A DNA stretch of 64,000 nucleotides from Nitrososphaerota archaeon (lineage in GTDB: Archaea; Thermoproteota; Nitrososphaeria_A; Caldarchaeales; Calditenuaceae), in contig JAVQSZ010000002.1 of the NCBI GenBank assembly GCA_033581555.1, positions 96,001-160,000 on the forward strand. The letters are read 5' to 3'. The stretch's first letter is position 1. Each line of letters begins with the position of its first letter. Both the position numbers and the translations under genes were made by a program. The notes under the pieces were generated by a model. The model did not search any database, was not told where the DNA came from, and saw only the letters and a list, made by a program, of their open reading frames with translations. This document shows, piece after piece, positions 47,117 through 56,485 of this stretch.

Positions 47117-47932
47117 TCAGGCGGCCAGGAAGTAGGCGACGCCCACAACCGCACCAGTCAGCGCACAGATCGCGTTGACGACGTGGTTGTCCACGAACTT
47201 GAGCCCGGAAACGTGGACGGCCGTCTGGCCGCAGTGCTCGGGGTGCTCGACCACCGTGTTGCACGCGCTGCACCTGTATCTGCCCTGCAGGAGCTGACCC
47301 ACGACGCTGTCGACCGTAGTCCCGGCGATCGCGGAGAGCATCGTGGCCACCAAAAGCTTGAACGGATGGAGGGGGTTCGGGAAGCCGAACGCGTAGACGG
47401 TCCAGGTCAGGAAACCCGCGAGTGCCGCGCCGCCGTATCCGTAGAGCGTGACGCCGCCAGGCTCTCCAGGCCTGACTTCCCTGAACCCGACGATCGAGAG
47501 TACCTTGCCCCTGCTGAGGAGGCCGACCTCCGTGGCCAACGTGTCTGCGAAGACCGCGGCTACCGAGCAGACCATCGCCACCGAGTAGACATGGGACCTC
47601 GCCGGGTCGATGTGGTAGAGGATGGCAGCCCCGGCCGCGACGGACCCGTTCCCGAGCACGTTCCTCCAGCCCCTCACCCCGCCCTTCAGCTCCGCCGCGC
47701 CCAGCGCCCTCTTCCTCTCGTAACCGATCCTGGTGAAGACCGCGGAGACCGCGAGGAAGATGAGCAGCACCACGACCCCTCCCCTGCCGATCGTCAGGTA
47801 GACGGCGGCGCCCACGGCGAGCGCGGCCACGGTGCCCTCGAGGTCGAGGACCTTGGTCCTCCAGATCAGAACCCCGAGGAACGCGAGGACCGCGGCGGCC
47901 TCGAGGATCAGATACGGGTCAACGGGCGCCAA
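47117..47932 (-). CDS. DUF92/TMEM19 membrane protein
   Basis: RGWRNVLGNG, ADTLATEVG, GGVT, DSVVG, DNHVVN. Confidence 0.9.
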   Translation of the reverse strand: MAPVDPYLILEAAAVLAFLGVLIWRTKVLDLEGTVAALAVGAAVYLTIGRGGVVVLLIFLAVSAVFTRIGYERKRALGAAELKGGVRGWRNVLGNGSVAAGAAILYHIDPARSHVYSVAMVCSVAAVFADTLATEVGLLSRGKVLSIVGFREVRPGEPGGVTLYGYGGAALAGFLTWTVYAFGFPNPLHPFKLLVATMLSAIAGTTVDSVVGQLLQGRYRCSACNTVVEHPEHCGQTAVHVSGLKFVDNHVVNAICALTGAVVGVAYFLAA

Positions 47933-49214
47933 CCCTGCTCACCACCTCTGACGTCAGCGACTCCAGCTCGAATTCCAGCTGCTCGCCGGTCCGCAGGTCC
48001 TTCACGGAGACCGTCCCACTCTCCCTCTCCCGGGGGCCGATCAACGCGACGAACCTCACGCCCCGCTCCGACGCTAGCCCCAGCTCCTCCCCGACCGGCC
48101 TGCCCGGGAAGGCTAGCTCGGCCTCTATCCCGGCCCTCCTCAGCAAGCCGGCCACCCTGACCGCGTAGAGCCTCTCCTGAGGCGTGACTGGCTTCACCAA
48201 CGCCGTGGGGCCCGAGGACGCGGCCTTGACTCCAGCCCTGTCGGTCAAGTATTGCATCACCCTCGTTATCCCGATCGCGACCCCCACTGCCGGGAAGTCC
48301 CTACCGCCGAAGAGACCTATCAGCCCGTCGTACCTCCCCCCTCCGGCCAGCGCCACGTTGGCTAGGGGGCCGTAGACCTCGAAGATCGTTCCGGTGTAGT
48401 AGCTGAGCCCCCTCGCGAAGCCCGGGACGAACCGGACTCTCGCTTCGCCGAGGAGCTCCCTAAGGGCGCCGTAGACCTCGATCAGCTCCTCAAGCTGCAC
48501 TCCCGCGCCCTCGACCCCGCTCAGTACCTCAGCGAGCTCACCGGGGTGCTCAACATCGCTCCGCACCAGCTCCCCGTAGACCTCGGCCGCGTCCGCAGAG
48601 TCCGACCTCGACCTCACTAGCTCGATCGCCTCCTCGGCCCTCCCTCTGTCGATCAGCGAGAGGACATCGTCCGCGCTGTCGCCCTCGATCCCGCACGCCC
48701 TCAAGACAGCCCTATGGACCCCGACGTGTCCCAGCTTAACCGAGAAGTCCGGTATGCCAACGGCCTCCATGAAGTCCCTGCAGATGAGGACTTGCTCGAC
48801 GTCGGCGTAGGGGTCCCTGACGCCTATGAGCTCGAACCCGGCGTGATAGAACCTCCTCCTCCTGCCCCACTGGGGCTCGTCGAGCCTGTAGCAGTCTGCG
48901 ATGTAGGAGAGCCTCTGCGGGAGGGGCCTCCTGCTGAGCCTCGAAGCGAAGAGCCTCGCGACGGCCGCGGTCATCTCGGGCCTCAGCACCAGCTTCCGCC
49001 CGTGCTGGTCCTCGAAAGCGTACATGTGGCTAAGGATCTCCTCGCCGCTCTTCGCCGCGAAGACCTCGAAGTGCTCGACGGGCGGCGTCTCTACGGGATT
49101 GTAGCCGTACAGCCTCATCACCGACCTCGCGACGCCTATCAGCCTCTCGTGGAGCGCGTACTCCTCCGGGCCGAAGTCGTCCATCCCCTTCGGGGGCTCC
49201 AGTGGTAACCTCAA
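47919..49214 (-). CDS. hisS: Histidine--tRNA ligase
   Basis: LRPEMTA, RGLSYYTG, GGGRYD, anticodon-binding domain. Confidence 0.94.
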   Translation of the reverse strand: MRLPLEPPKGMDDFGPEEYALHERLIGVARSVMRLYGYNPVETPPVEHFEVFAAKSGEEILSHMYAFEDQHGRKLVLRPEMTAAVARLFASRLSRRPLPQRLSYIADCYRLDEPQWGRRRRFYHAGFELIGVRDPYADVEQVLICRDFMEAVGIPDFSVKLGHVGVHRAVLRACGIEGDSADDVLSLIDRGRAEEAIELVRSRSDSADAAEVYGELVRSDVEHPGELAEVLSGVEGAGVQLEELIEVYGALRELLGEARVRFVPGFARGLSYYTGTIFEVYGPLANVALAGGGRYDGLIGLFGGRDFPAVGVAIGITRVMQYLTDRAGVKAASSGPTALVKPVTPQERLYAVRVAGLLRRAGIEAELAFPGRPVGEELGLASERGVRFVALIGPRERESGTVSVKDLRTGEQLEFELESLTSEVVSRVGAR

Positions 49215-49291
49215 CCCGCCGCGACTCCTCTGAGTCCCTATATGAGCCCTTACGGTTCGCGACCTCGCCTACTCCGCTGACGTCCACTGCC

Positions 49292-50128
49292 TCACCTCGA
49301 GGGGTGGAGGCCCATCGCCTCCCTGCCCTCGGGAGGGCGCGCGCCCTCGACCATCGCCGCGACCGCCTCGGGCGAGAGGTCCTTGAGGGCGCCACACCAG
49401 GGGCAGTGGAACCTGAAGACCGAGCCGGACCTCGCGGCCTCCTCGCACTCCTCCTTGGGGGGCAGGCCGACGTGTACCGCCTCCTTGCAGTGCTCGCACC
49501 TCAACGAGGAGATGAGGCCCGAAGGCCTGACGGGGACCTCCTCGATCAGCAACCCGGTGACCAAGTAAAGCCTCGCGACAGGGATCCCCAGCCCGCCCTC
49601 CTTCACCGCCCTCCTGAGCCTCTCGTTCTCGAGCTCCACCTCCCTCAGGAGCTCCCTTGCCTCCCTGAGACTTCTCTCGAGCATCGAGAACATCCAGACC
49701 GGAACGAACTTCTCCCTCACGGACTTCGCGATCAACTCCGCGAGCAGCGTCTTCACCCTCTCGAGCGTCCGGTCGTCGACGCGGACCGCGCCCGTCTCCA
49801 TCGACGTCCCCAGCTTCGCCAACAACATCCCCATCCTCTTGAGCGACTCGGGGCTGACCTCCCGGGAGTTGGAGAAGAAGAGGGCCAGCGCGTTGAACTG
49901 CTCCTCGACCTCCCTGAGCCTCTCGACCTCCTCGCGCTCCCTCCCCAACCTCCTCCTCACCTCCTCCTCTACTAGTGCGCTCAGCGAGCCAGAGGGTCCT
50001 CCCTTCAACTCGGCCCTGAGCCTGCTATACTCGAGGAGCACCTCCGCGGCCTCCTCTGCACTCAGCCCGGCCTCCTCGACCGCCTCCAGCAGCCTCCCGC
50101 ATCTCGAGTATGGAACGAACGCCTCCAT
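49292..50128 (-). CDS. Hypothetical coiled-coil protein with C-terminal Zn ribbon
   Basis: E/R-rich heptads; CEHC...CPWC. Confidence 0.65.
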   Translation of the reverse strand: MEAFVPYSRCGRLLEAVEEAGLSAEEAAEVLLEYSRLRAELKGGPSGSLSALVEEEVRRRLGREREEVERLREVEEQFNALALFFSNSREVSPESLKRMGMLLAKLGTSMETGAVRVDDRTLERVKTLLAELIAKSVREKFVPVWMFSMLERSLREARELLREVELENERLRRAVKEGGLGIPVARLYLVTGLLIEEVPVRPSGLISSLRCEHCKEAVHVGLPPKEECEEAARSGSVFRFHCPWCGALKDLSPEAVAAMVEGARPPEGREAMGLHPSR

Positions 50129-50282
50129 CCGTCAGCCCCCGCCCTCCCGCCGAGACCCGGTAAAATGCGCGACAACTCGTCCTGGTCTTTAGAGATCCGC
50201 AGGCCATTCCAGGGTATTACGCGGGTATTCTGGGCGCGACGGCGCGAGGAGCGCGAACCCTTTTCTCTAACTCTTCCGTCGA

Positions 50283-51119
50283 TTGATAATGTCCTACGAG
50301 TTCCCGCTGGTCTTCTACCACCCGGAGAGGAGGCTCGTAACGATCTCGGCGATCGTTGAGGGCGGGACCGGAGGACTGGCGGGACTTTTGGGGTTCTACG
50401 CTGCCAAGGGCGTCAAGGTCCTAGGGTTGGTGACCTGGGTCACCCTCTATCCGGAGCGGTCGGTGGGCCTCAACATAGTGGCCGACGTGACGGACGTGGA
50501 GGGGGATTTGAGCGACATCTTCGCGGAGATGGGACAGATCAGGGAAGTGGCTGCTATGACAGTCTACGAGTCCGGCGTCAAGGGCCTCGCGACCTGCCTC
50601 AAAGGGGGCTTCCCGACCTTCCTCGGCGAGAGGCTATTCGTGATGCCCCACGCGCTCTTCGAAGGCCTCTATCACACGATCTTCGAGTCGCTGGGCGGAT
50701 CGGCCTTCGCGATCCTGCGCCGAGCGGGCCGGAAGGTCGGGGAGTTCGCAAGGGCCTTTAGGGCAATAGTCGGAGAGCCGGTCGACCTGCTCCGCGTCAT
50801 GAACGAGATCTCGAGCACACTCGGACTCGCGCAGGAGATCAAGGTCATCTCCGTGGAGGACAACTCACTGAAGGTGTCCGTGAGGGAATTGGCCGACTGC
50901 GTGAGCATCTCGGACCTCAAGCCAGGAACCAAAACCGGCCACTTCTTCACGGGGGTCCTCGAGGGGCTCTTCGAGGGCGTGGAGGGCGTAGAGTACGAAG
51001 TCGAAGAGGTCGAATGCATCAACGCAGGCGGCGTCGCGTGCGTCTTCGAGGTGAGGAGGACTACGGGTGGCCCTCATAGAGGGCGAGACGCCTGGGGCGC
51101 TGCCCGAGGAGGGACCTGA
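50283..51119 (+). CDS. ACT + V4R domain protein
   Basis: N-terminal ACT-like GGLAGLL; C-terminal DC...GHFFTGVLEG...EVECINAGGVACVF. Confidence 0.8.
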   Translation: MIMSYEFPLVFYHPERRLVTISAIVEGGTGGLAGLLGFYAAKGVKVLGLVTWVTLYPERSVGLNIVADVTDVEGDLSDIFAEMGQIREVAAMTVYESGVKGLATCLKGGFPTFLGERLFVMPHALFEGLYHTIFESLGGSAFAILRRAGRKVGEFARAFRAIVGEPVDLLRVMNEISSTLGLAQEIKVISVEDNSLKVSVRELADCVSISDLKPGTKTGHFFTGVLEGLFEGVEGVEYEVEEVECINAGGVACVFEVRRTTGGPHRGRDAWGAARGGT

Positions 51120-51127
51120 CGCCGAGA

Positions 51128-52600
51128 TCAGAACTGATACCTCTCCCGCAACCATTCGTAAAGCTCTAGGTCGCTGACGACATCCTCGACCGGATACAGC
51201 TCGTAGGCCCTCGGGTCAGCGAACCTCCCCTCAATCGCGGTAGCTGCGGCCGTCAAAGGACTGACGAGGTGCGTCCTCGCGCCGGGGCCCTGGCGGTTCT
51301 CGAAGTTCCTGTTGGAGGTCGAGGCGCACCTCTTCCCGGGCTCGACGTAGTCGCCGGGAGCCATAGCGATGCAGTAGCTGCAGCCCGAGTTCCTCCACTC
51401 GAACCCCGCCTCGATAAGGGCCCTGTGGACCCCGAGCCTCTCAGCCCACCGCTTCGTCAGCATCGACCCCGGGACGACGACGGCCTTCACGCCATCCGCG
51501 ACCTTCCTCCCCTTGACCAACCTCGCGACCTGAACGAGGTCGGAGAGCCTTGCGTTGGTGCAGGACCCGATGAAGACGACGTCGACCGGGACATCCCTGA
51601 TCCTCTGGCCAGGCCTCAGGCCCATGTACTTCAGCGCCCTCTCGGCGGCGGCCCGCTTAGCTGGGTCCTCGAACTCCTCAGGAGACGGGACCTCGTCCGT
51701 GACCCCAGCCACCTGAGCAGGGTTCGTGCCCCAGGTTACCTGCGGCTCGAGACCGTCGACGTCCAACCTGACCGTCTTGTCGTAACGGGCACCAGCGTCG
51801 GACCTGAGGGTACTCCAGAACCTAAAGGCCTCCTCGAGGTCCTCGCCCTCCGGGGCGAAGGGCCTGCCCTCCACAAACCTGAAGACCTTCTCGTCGGGAG
51901 CGATTATCGCGGTCCTCGCGCCCCCCTCGATCGACATGTTGCATAGGGTCATCCGATCGTCGATGCCCATCCGCTCGACCGTCTCGCCAGCGAACTCCAT
52001 CACGTGTCCTATCCCGCCGCCGGTCCCGATCTCGCCTATCAGCTTGAGGATGACGTCCTTCGAGGTCACGCCTTCGTCCAGCTCGCCCCTCACCTCGACG
52101 AGCATCTCCTTCGGTCTCTTGATCCAGAGGGTCTGGGTCGCGAACACGTGCTCGCCCTCGCTGGTCCCGATCCCGAACGCGGCCGCCCCGAAGGCTCCGT
52201 GGGTGCTGGTGTGGGAGTCCCCGCAAGCTATCGTGAGGCCGGGCAGCGTCAACCCGAGCTCCGGCATTATCACGTGTACGATGCCCTGGAAAGGGCTGAA
52301 GTAGTCGAAGAGCGCGATCCCGAACTCCCTCGCGTTCCTCTTCAGAGCCTCCATCTGGGCCGCGGACATCTCGTCGGTGACCGGTAGCGTCCTGTCATGA
52401 GTCGGGACGTTGTGGTCCATGACCGCGAATGTCAGGTCGGGCCTCCTAACCCTCCTCCCGGCGGACCTCAGGTTCTCGAAGGCGACCGGCGAGGTGACCT
52501 CGTGGGTGTAGTGCCTGTCGATGTAGATCAGGGAGGTACCGTCATCGCGCTCGGCGATCACGTGCTCTAGCCAGATCTTCGAGAAGACCGTCTTCGCCAT
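51128..52600 (-). CDS. leuC: 3-isopropylmalate dehydratase large subunit
   Basis: HEVTSP, DHNVPT, CGDSHT, GSCTN, CSYC, STSNRNF. Confidence 0.95.
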   Translation of the reverse strand: MAKTVFSKIWLEHVIAERDDGTSLIYIDRHYTHEVTSPVAFENLRSAGRRVRRPDLTFAVMDHNVPTHDRTLPVTDEMSAAQMEALKRNAREFGIALFDYFSPFQGIVHVIMPELGLTLPGLTIACGDSHTSTHGAFGAAAFGIGTSEGEHVFATQTLWIKRPKEMLVEVRGELDEGVTSKDVILKLIGEIGTGGGIGHVMEFAGETVERMGIDDRMTLCNMSIEGGARTAIIAPDEKVFRFVEGRPFAPEGEDLEEAFRFWSTLRSDAGARYDKTVRLDVDGLEPQVTWGTNPAQVAGVTDEVPSPEEFEDPAKRAAAERALKYMGLRPGQRIRDVPVDVVFIGSCTNARLSDLVQVARLVKGRKVADGVKAVVVPGSMLTKRWAERLGVHRALIEAGFEWRNSGCSYCIAMAPGDYVEPGKRCASTSNRNFENRQGPGARTHLVSPLTAAATAIEGRFADPRAYELYPVEDVVSDLELYEWLRERYQF

Positions 52601-52645
52601 CGCGGACGCGTGGAGGCGACCTCTGATAAACCTTCGGGCCCACGC

Positions 52646-53071
52646 TCAGACCTTCCTGACCGGGGTCCTGGCGCCGCAGGCCTCGCACACGAGGTACCTG
52701 AACTTCTTCTCCCTCTGGATCTGGGTGTCAATGCCGCCGCAGACCGGGCACTTGACGAACTCCTTGAAGTAGAGCTGGAGTAACTTCGCGAACTCTGGGT
52801 CGCCGATCTTGCCGTTGAGGATGAGCCTGTCGCCCTCCAGGGACCCGGGCTTCCCGCTCTCCTTGAAGATGAACCTCGCGACGTGCTCAGGCTCCCTGCT
52901 GAGCGAGTCGGCGAGCTGCCTGAAGTTCAGGACGATGGTCCTGCGCTCGTCGTGGTATAGCGACGGCCGGAGCGCTATCTCCCTCTCCCCGGAGGCTGAG
53001 GACTTGGCCCTGAGCTGGGCCCTCACCCTCTCGAGCAGCATCTCGTATGAAGCGCGGCCGCGCAGCTCCAC
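52646..53071 (-). CDS. eif2b: Translation initiation factor 2 beta subunit
   Basis: TIVLNF...CPVCGGIDT...CEACGA. Confidence 0.92.
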   Translation of the reverse strand: MELRGRASYEMLLERVRAQLRAKSSASGEREIALRPSLYHDERRTIVLNFRQLADSLSREPEHVARFIFKESGKPGSLEGDRLILNGKIGDPEFAKLLQLYFKEFVKCPVCGGIDTQIQREKKFRYLVCEACGARTPVRKV

Positions 53072-53118
53072 GGCGATGTCCTGCGGAGCCTCGGGATAAA
53101 GGTGCCCGACAGGAGGGG

Positions 53119-53715
53119 TCAGAACCTGAGGACCACGTCGACCCTAGCCTTCAAAGCGTCCAACCGCTCGCGCTCCACCGCAGTCAACCCGGAGCCCTTG
53201 TCGTCAGCGAGCTTCGTGCCCTCGTAGGCCGTCCCGACGAAGGTCTGGGAAGCATCGATCACTCTCGTCAGGACTTCAGGGTCTCCCGCGTGGAGGTAGA
53301 TGGTGACGTCGTTGACGAAGAGGACCGGCGTAGGGGACGAGAGGTAATCGAGGAGCAGGGGCCCGATCAGCTCCGCGTTCCTCCTCGCGACCGAGAGGAC
53401 CTCGTCCGCGTCCCGTCCAGTTAGCCTCGGACCCCTTACGCCATCCGACGTGAGGTACCTCACTCCGGAGACCCTTGGGTCGATCTCCCTTAGCTTGCCC
53501 CCGAAGCCTCCCGACCGCTCCGGCGCCATGTCGATCACCGTCACCTCCGTCCCGATCCCCATGACGAGGGCCTCGACGACCAGGCCCGCGAGAATCCTGG
53601 ACTTCCCGGACCCGGCCTCGCCGACGATCAGCACCTTCCTCCCCAGGACCGATCTCAGGCTGAGGCCCTCGGCTCGAAGAACCTCTCCGGAAGGGCCCTG
53701 CTCAGCGCGAGGCAT
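53119..53715 (-). CDS. Small P-loop NTPase of unknown function
   Basis: GEAGSGKS, VIDMAP, LFVND; start uncertain. Confidence 0.7.
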   Translation of the reverse strand: MPRAEQGPSGEVLRAEGLSLRSVLGRKVLIVGEAGSGKSRILAGLVVEALVMGIGTEVTVIDMAPERSGGFGGKLREIDPRVSGVRYLTSDGVRGPRLTGRDADEVLSVARRNAELIGPLLLDYLSSPTPVLFVNDVTIYLHAGDPEVLTRVIDASQTFVGTAYEGTKLADDKGSGLTAVERERLDALKARVDVVLRF

Positions 53716-54221
53716 AGCACGTACCCCAAAAGAGCTCCGGGGACCGAGCTGACAGCCCACCCTGACCAGAAGACGAGGAGCGCACCGACCGGGCCTCTGC
53801 CCCGCAAGAGGTTCATCAGCGGCTCCGACCCAATCAGGGGCCCTATAACGAGCAGCGAGACGGTCCCGCCGATTAGGACCGTCCCGACGGGCTCCGCGAG
53901 CGCGGAGAGGAACCTGAGCTCAGGCCTACTGAACCTCGAGGTGAGGTACCGGTGGAACAAGCCCACCATGAGCGCTCCGGGCAGACCTCCAGGGTAGGCG
54001 AAGATCGTGCCCAACCCCAGGGCTATCCTGACCGTTCCTACGACGAAGGGCACCACGAGCGAGCTGAGAGGCCCGAGCATCACGCCCGCGAGGACGTTCA
54101 CCATGTGCTGGCCCGGGTAGGCCCTCGTACCCAGGAACGGGAACCAGAGTATCGGCGCCAGCGCTATTCCCATGGCCGAGAGCGCGATCCAGACCGCCAC
54201 GGTTCTGGTAGCCCTCTCCAT
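53655..54221 (-). CDS. thiW: ECF transporter S component ThiW
   Basis: PGQHMVNVLAGVMLGP, GTIFAYPG, EPVGT. Confidence 0.9.
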   Translation of the reverse strand: MERATRTVAVWIALSAMGIALAPILWFPFLGTRAYPGQHMVNVLAGVMLGPLSSLVVPFVVGTVRIALGLGTIFAYPGGLPGALMVGLFHRYLTSRFSRPELRFLSALAEPVGTVLIGGTVSLLVIGPLIGSEPLMNLLRGRGPVGALLVFWSGWAVSSVPGALLGYVLCLALSRALPERFFEPRASA

Positions 54222-54246
54222 CGGCTTAGAACCCGGAGCCTTGAGG

Positions 54247-54621
54247 TTATGAATTATGTGTTAAGCCACTTATGGCCCGTTCGACGTCATCGAGGAGTCG
54301 CTGAAGCTCGGAGGGGAGCGAGTACCTTTTCCCCTCTAGGACCGCGAAGACGCCCTTGGCCCGCCAGTGGAGCGCCGAGAGCGCGAGCCCCTTCAGGCTC
54401 ATCGCGCTGACCACCTCGACCACCACGTCGGGCCAATATCTTAGGAGGGAGCGGACCGCGTTCAGGACGACCTCGACGTTCGATCTGACCTCCTCGGGGT
54501 ACTCGGAGAACTGCTGAGCGGTCGCGCTGATGCCCGCCAAGCTGGCCGGGTTACAGACGGCCTTGCAGCTGGTGGAGAAGACCGTCGGAAACACCCCGAC
54601 CAGCGTCACCTTGACCGCCAC
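54247..54621 (-). CDS. Hypothetical protein (CxxxC, possibly thioredoxin-like)
   Basis: ORF ~22 nt after a TATA box; CKAVC and EYPEEV. Confidence 0.55.
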   Translation of the reverse strand: MAVKVTLVGVFPTVFSTSCKAVCNPASLAGISATAQQFSEYPEEVRSNVEVVLNAVRSLLRYWPDVVVEVVSAMSLKGLALSALHWRAKGVFAVLEGKRYSLPSELQRLLDDVERAISGLTHNS

Positions 54622-54765
54622 GCATTGCGATGATCCCGATCTTATATGACCGTTACCCCAACGCGTAGAGATGACGTTCAGGACCCGCTGAGCCGAGAGC
54701 GTCGAATCACCCGGGGTGGTCCTTCGCGGTCACCGTTATGAGCTACTGCGGTTATGTGATTTCGA

Positions 54766-56484
54766 ATGGGCCTGGAGGTCATCGACTCAGACGTAGTGAT
54801 AGTTGGGTCGGGACTCGCCGGCCTAAGGGCGGCCATCGAGGCCGCGAGGACCGGCGGTGAGCGGCTCAGGGTCTCCGTGGTCACCAAGACCCAGCCGATG
54901 AGGTCCCACAGCGTCTCTGCGGAGGGAGGGACGGCCGCGGTCCTCTACCCTGAGGAGGGCGACTCCCTCGAGTCACACGAGTGGGACACCGTAAAGGGCA
55001 GCGACTTCCTGGCGGATCAGGACGCGGTAGAGGTCTTCGTGAGGGAGGCTCCGAAGGAGATCGTCCAGCTGGAGCACTGGGGCATGCCGTGGGCGAGGAG
55101 GGAGGACGGAAGGGTCGCCCAGAGGTACTTCGGTGGCCAGAGCTATCCGAGGGCCTGCTTCGCGGAGGACAGGGTTGGGTTCTTCGAGATGAGCACGCTC
55201 TACAGCACCTGCCTAAAGTACGACAACGTCGCCTTCTACGACGAGTGGTTCGCGTTCGCGGTCGTCAAGGACGACGGATCCTTCGCGGGTTTCATGGCGC
55301 TGGACGTGAAGAGGGGGAACGTGGCATACTTCAAGGCGAAGGCTGGGATCATCGCGACGGGCGGCGCCGGGAGGCTCTACCCGTTCGCGAGCTTCGGGCA
55401 CAGCTCGACACCTGACGGGATCGTGATGGCGTACAGGGCCGGCGTGCCGCTGAAGGACATGGAGTTCGTCCAGTTCCACCCGACGGGCCTAGTGCCCAGC
55501 GGGATACTCATCACCGAGGCCTCGAGGGGCGAAGGAGGGGTCCTCAGGAACTCGAAGGGTGAGAGGTTCATGGAGAAGTACGCCCCGAAGATGAAGGACC
55601 TCGCTCCGAGGGACATCGTCTCAAGGTCCATAATGACCGAGATCAAGGAGGGCAGGGGCTTCAGGGACGAGGAGAGCGGGTACGAGTACGTCAACCTGGA
55701 CCTCACCGTCATCGAGCCGGAGAAGCTCGTGAAGAGGCTCACCAGCATCAGGGAGATCTGCCTGAAGCTGAGGGGGATAGACCCGCTCCACGAGCCGATC
55801 CCGGTCAGGCCAGTCGCGCACTATTACATGGGGGGTATCGATGTCGACATCAACGGCGCCACGTCGCTCCCAGGTCTATGGGCTGCGGGCGAGGCCGCGT
55901 GCGTGACGATCAATGGCGCTAACAGGCTAGGGTCCAACTCGACGACCGAGTGCCTCGTCTGGGGGAAGATCACCGGCAGGGAGGCGGCAAAGTTCGCGTT
56001 GAGCAGGAAGGAGCCGAACGCACCGAAGGAGGCGATCCAGGCCGAGGAGAGGAGGGTCTTCGACGTCCTCCTGGGGCCTGCGCCGAGGGTCGACCCGTAC
56101 GACGTGAAGTCCGAGCTCCAGGAGACGATGGAGAAGCACTTCCACGTCTTCAGGGAGGGGACGTCGATGGAGGAGGGGCTAAGGAAGTTGAGGAAGCTGA
56201 TGTCGGAGTTCCAGATGGGCGTCACCGACAAGAGCAGGGCCTACAACACGAACCTCGTTCACGTAATGGAGGTGGACGCGATGCTCGAGGCGAGCCACGC
56301 CATCGCGGTCTCTGCCCTCCACAGGACCGAGAGCAGGGGAGCCCACTATAGGCTTGATTTCCCGAAGAGGGACGACGAGGCCTGGCTCAAGCACATCCTC
56401 CTGAGGTGGACCGCGGACGGTTTCGAGATCGAGTATAAACCGGTAGTGATCACGAAGTACAAGCCCGCGGAAAGGGTCTACTGA
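54766..56484 (+). CDS. sdhA: Succinate dehydrogenase/fumarate reductase flavoprotein
   Basis: GSGLAG, SHSVSAEGG covalent-FAD His, QFHPT, HYYMGG, GANRLG, ESRGAH. Confidence 0.95.
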   Translation: MGLEVIDSDVVIVGSGLAGLRAAIEAARTGGERLRVSVVTKTQPMRSHSVSAEGGTAAVLYPEEGDSLESHEWDTVKGSDFLADQDAVEVFVREAPKEIVQLEHWGMPWARREDGRVAQRYFGGQSYPRACFAEDRVGFFEMSTLYSTCLKYDNVAFYDEWFAFAVVKDDGSFAGFMALDVKRGNVAYFKAKAGIIATGGAGRLYPFASFGHSSTPDGIVMAYRAGVPLKDMEFVQFHPTGLVPSGILITEASRGEGGVLRNSKGERFMEKYAPKMKDLAPRDIVSRSIMTEIKEGRGFRDEESGYEYVNLDLTVIEPEKLVKRLTSIREICLKLRGIDPLHEPIPVRPVAHYYMGGIDVDINGATSLPGLWAAGEAACVTINGANRLGSNSTTECLVWGKITGREAAKFALSRKEPNAPKEAIQAEERRVFDVLLGPAPRVDPYDVKSELQETMEKHFHVFREGTSMEEGLRKLRKLMSEFQMGVTDKSRAYNTNLVHVMEVDAMLEASHAIAVSALHRTESRGAHYRLDFPKRDDEAWLKHILLRWTADGFEIEYKPVVITKYKPAERVY

Positions 56485-56485
56485 C

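Noticed and set aside
16047-49214. tRNA-modification supercluster (rtcA, tiaS, trmO, thrS, queCD, hisS)
   Set aside because: The genes are scattered over 33 kb among unrelated genes on both strands, consistent with a compact shuffled genome.
49215-51127. Mobile element or proviral remnant between hisS and leuC
   Set aside because: No integrase, transposase, tRNA target or convincing terminal repeats.
54664-54750. Possible C/D sRNA or riboswitch upstream of sdhA (AGATGA...CTGA)
   Set aside because: C- and D'-like boxes are present, but there is no convincing D box or terminal stem and no target I could recognise; only an Rfam/snoScan run could rescue it.
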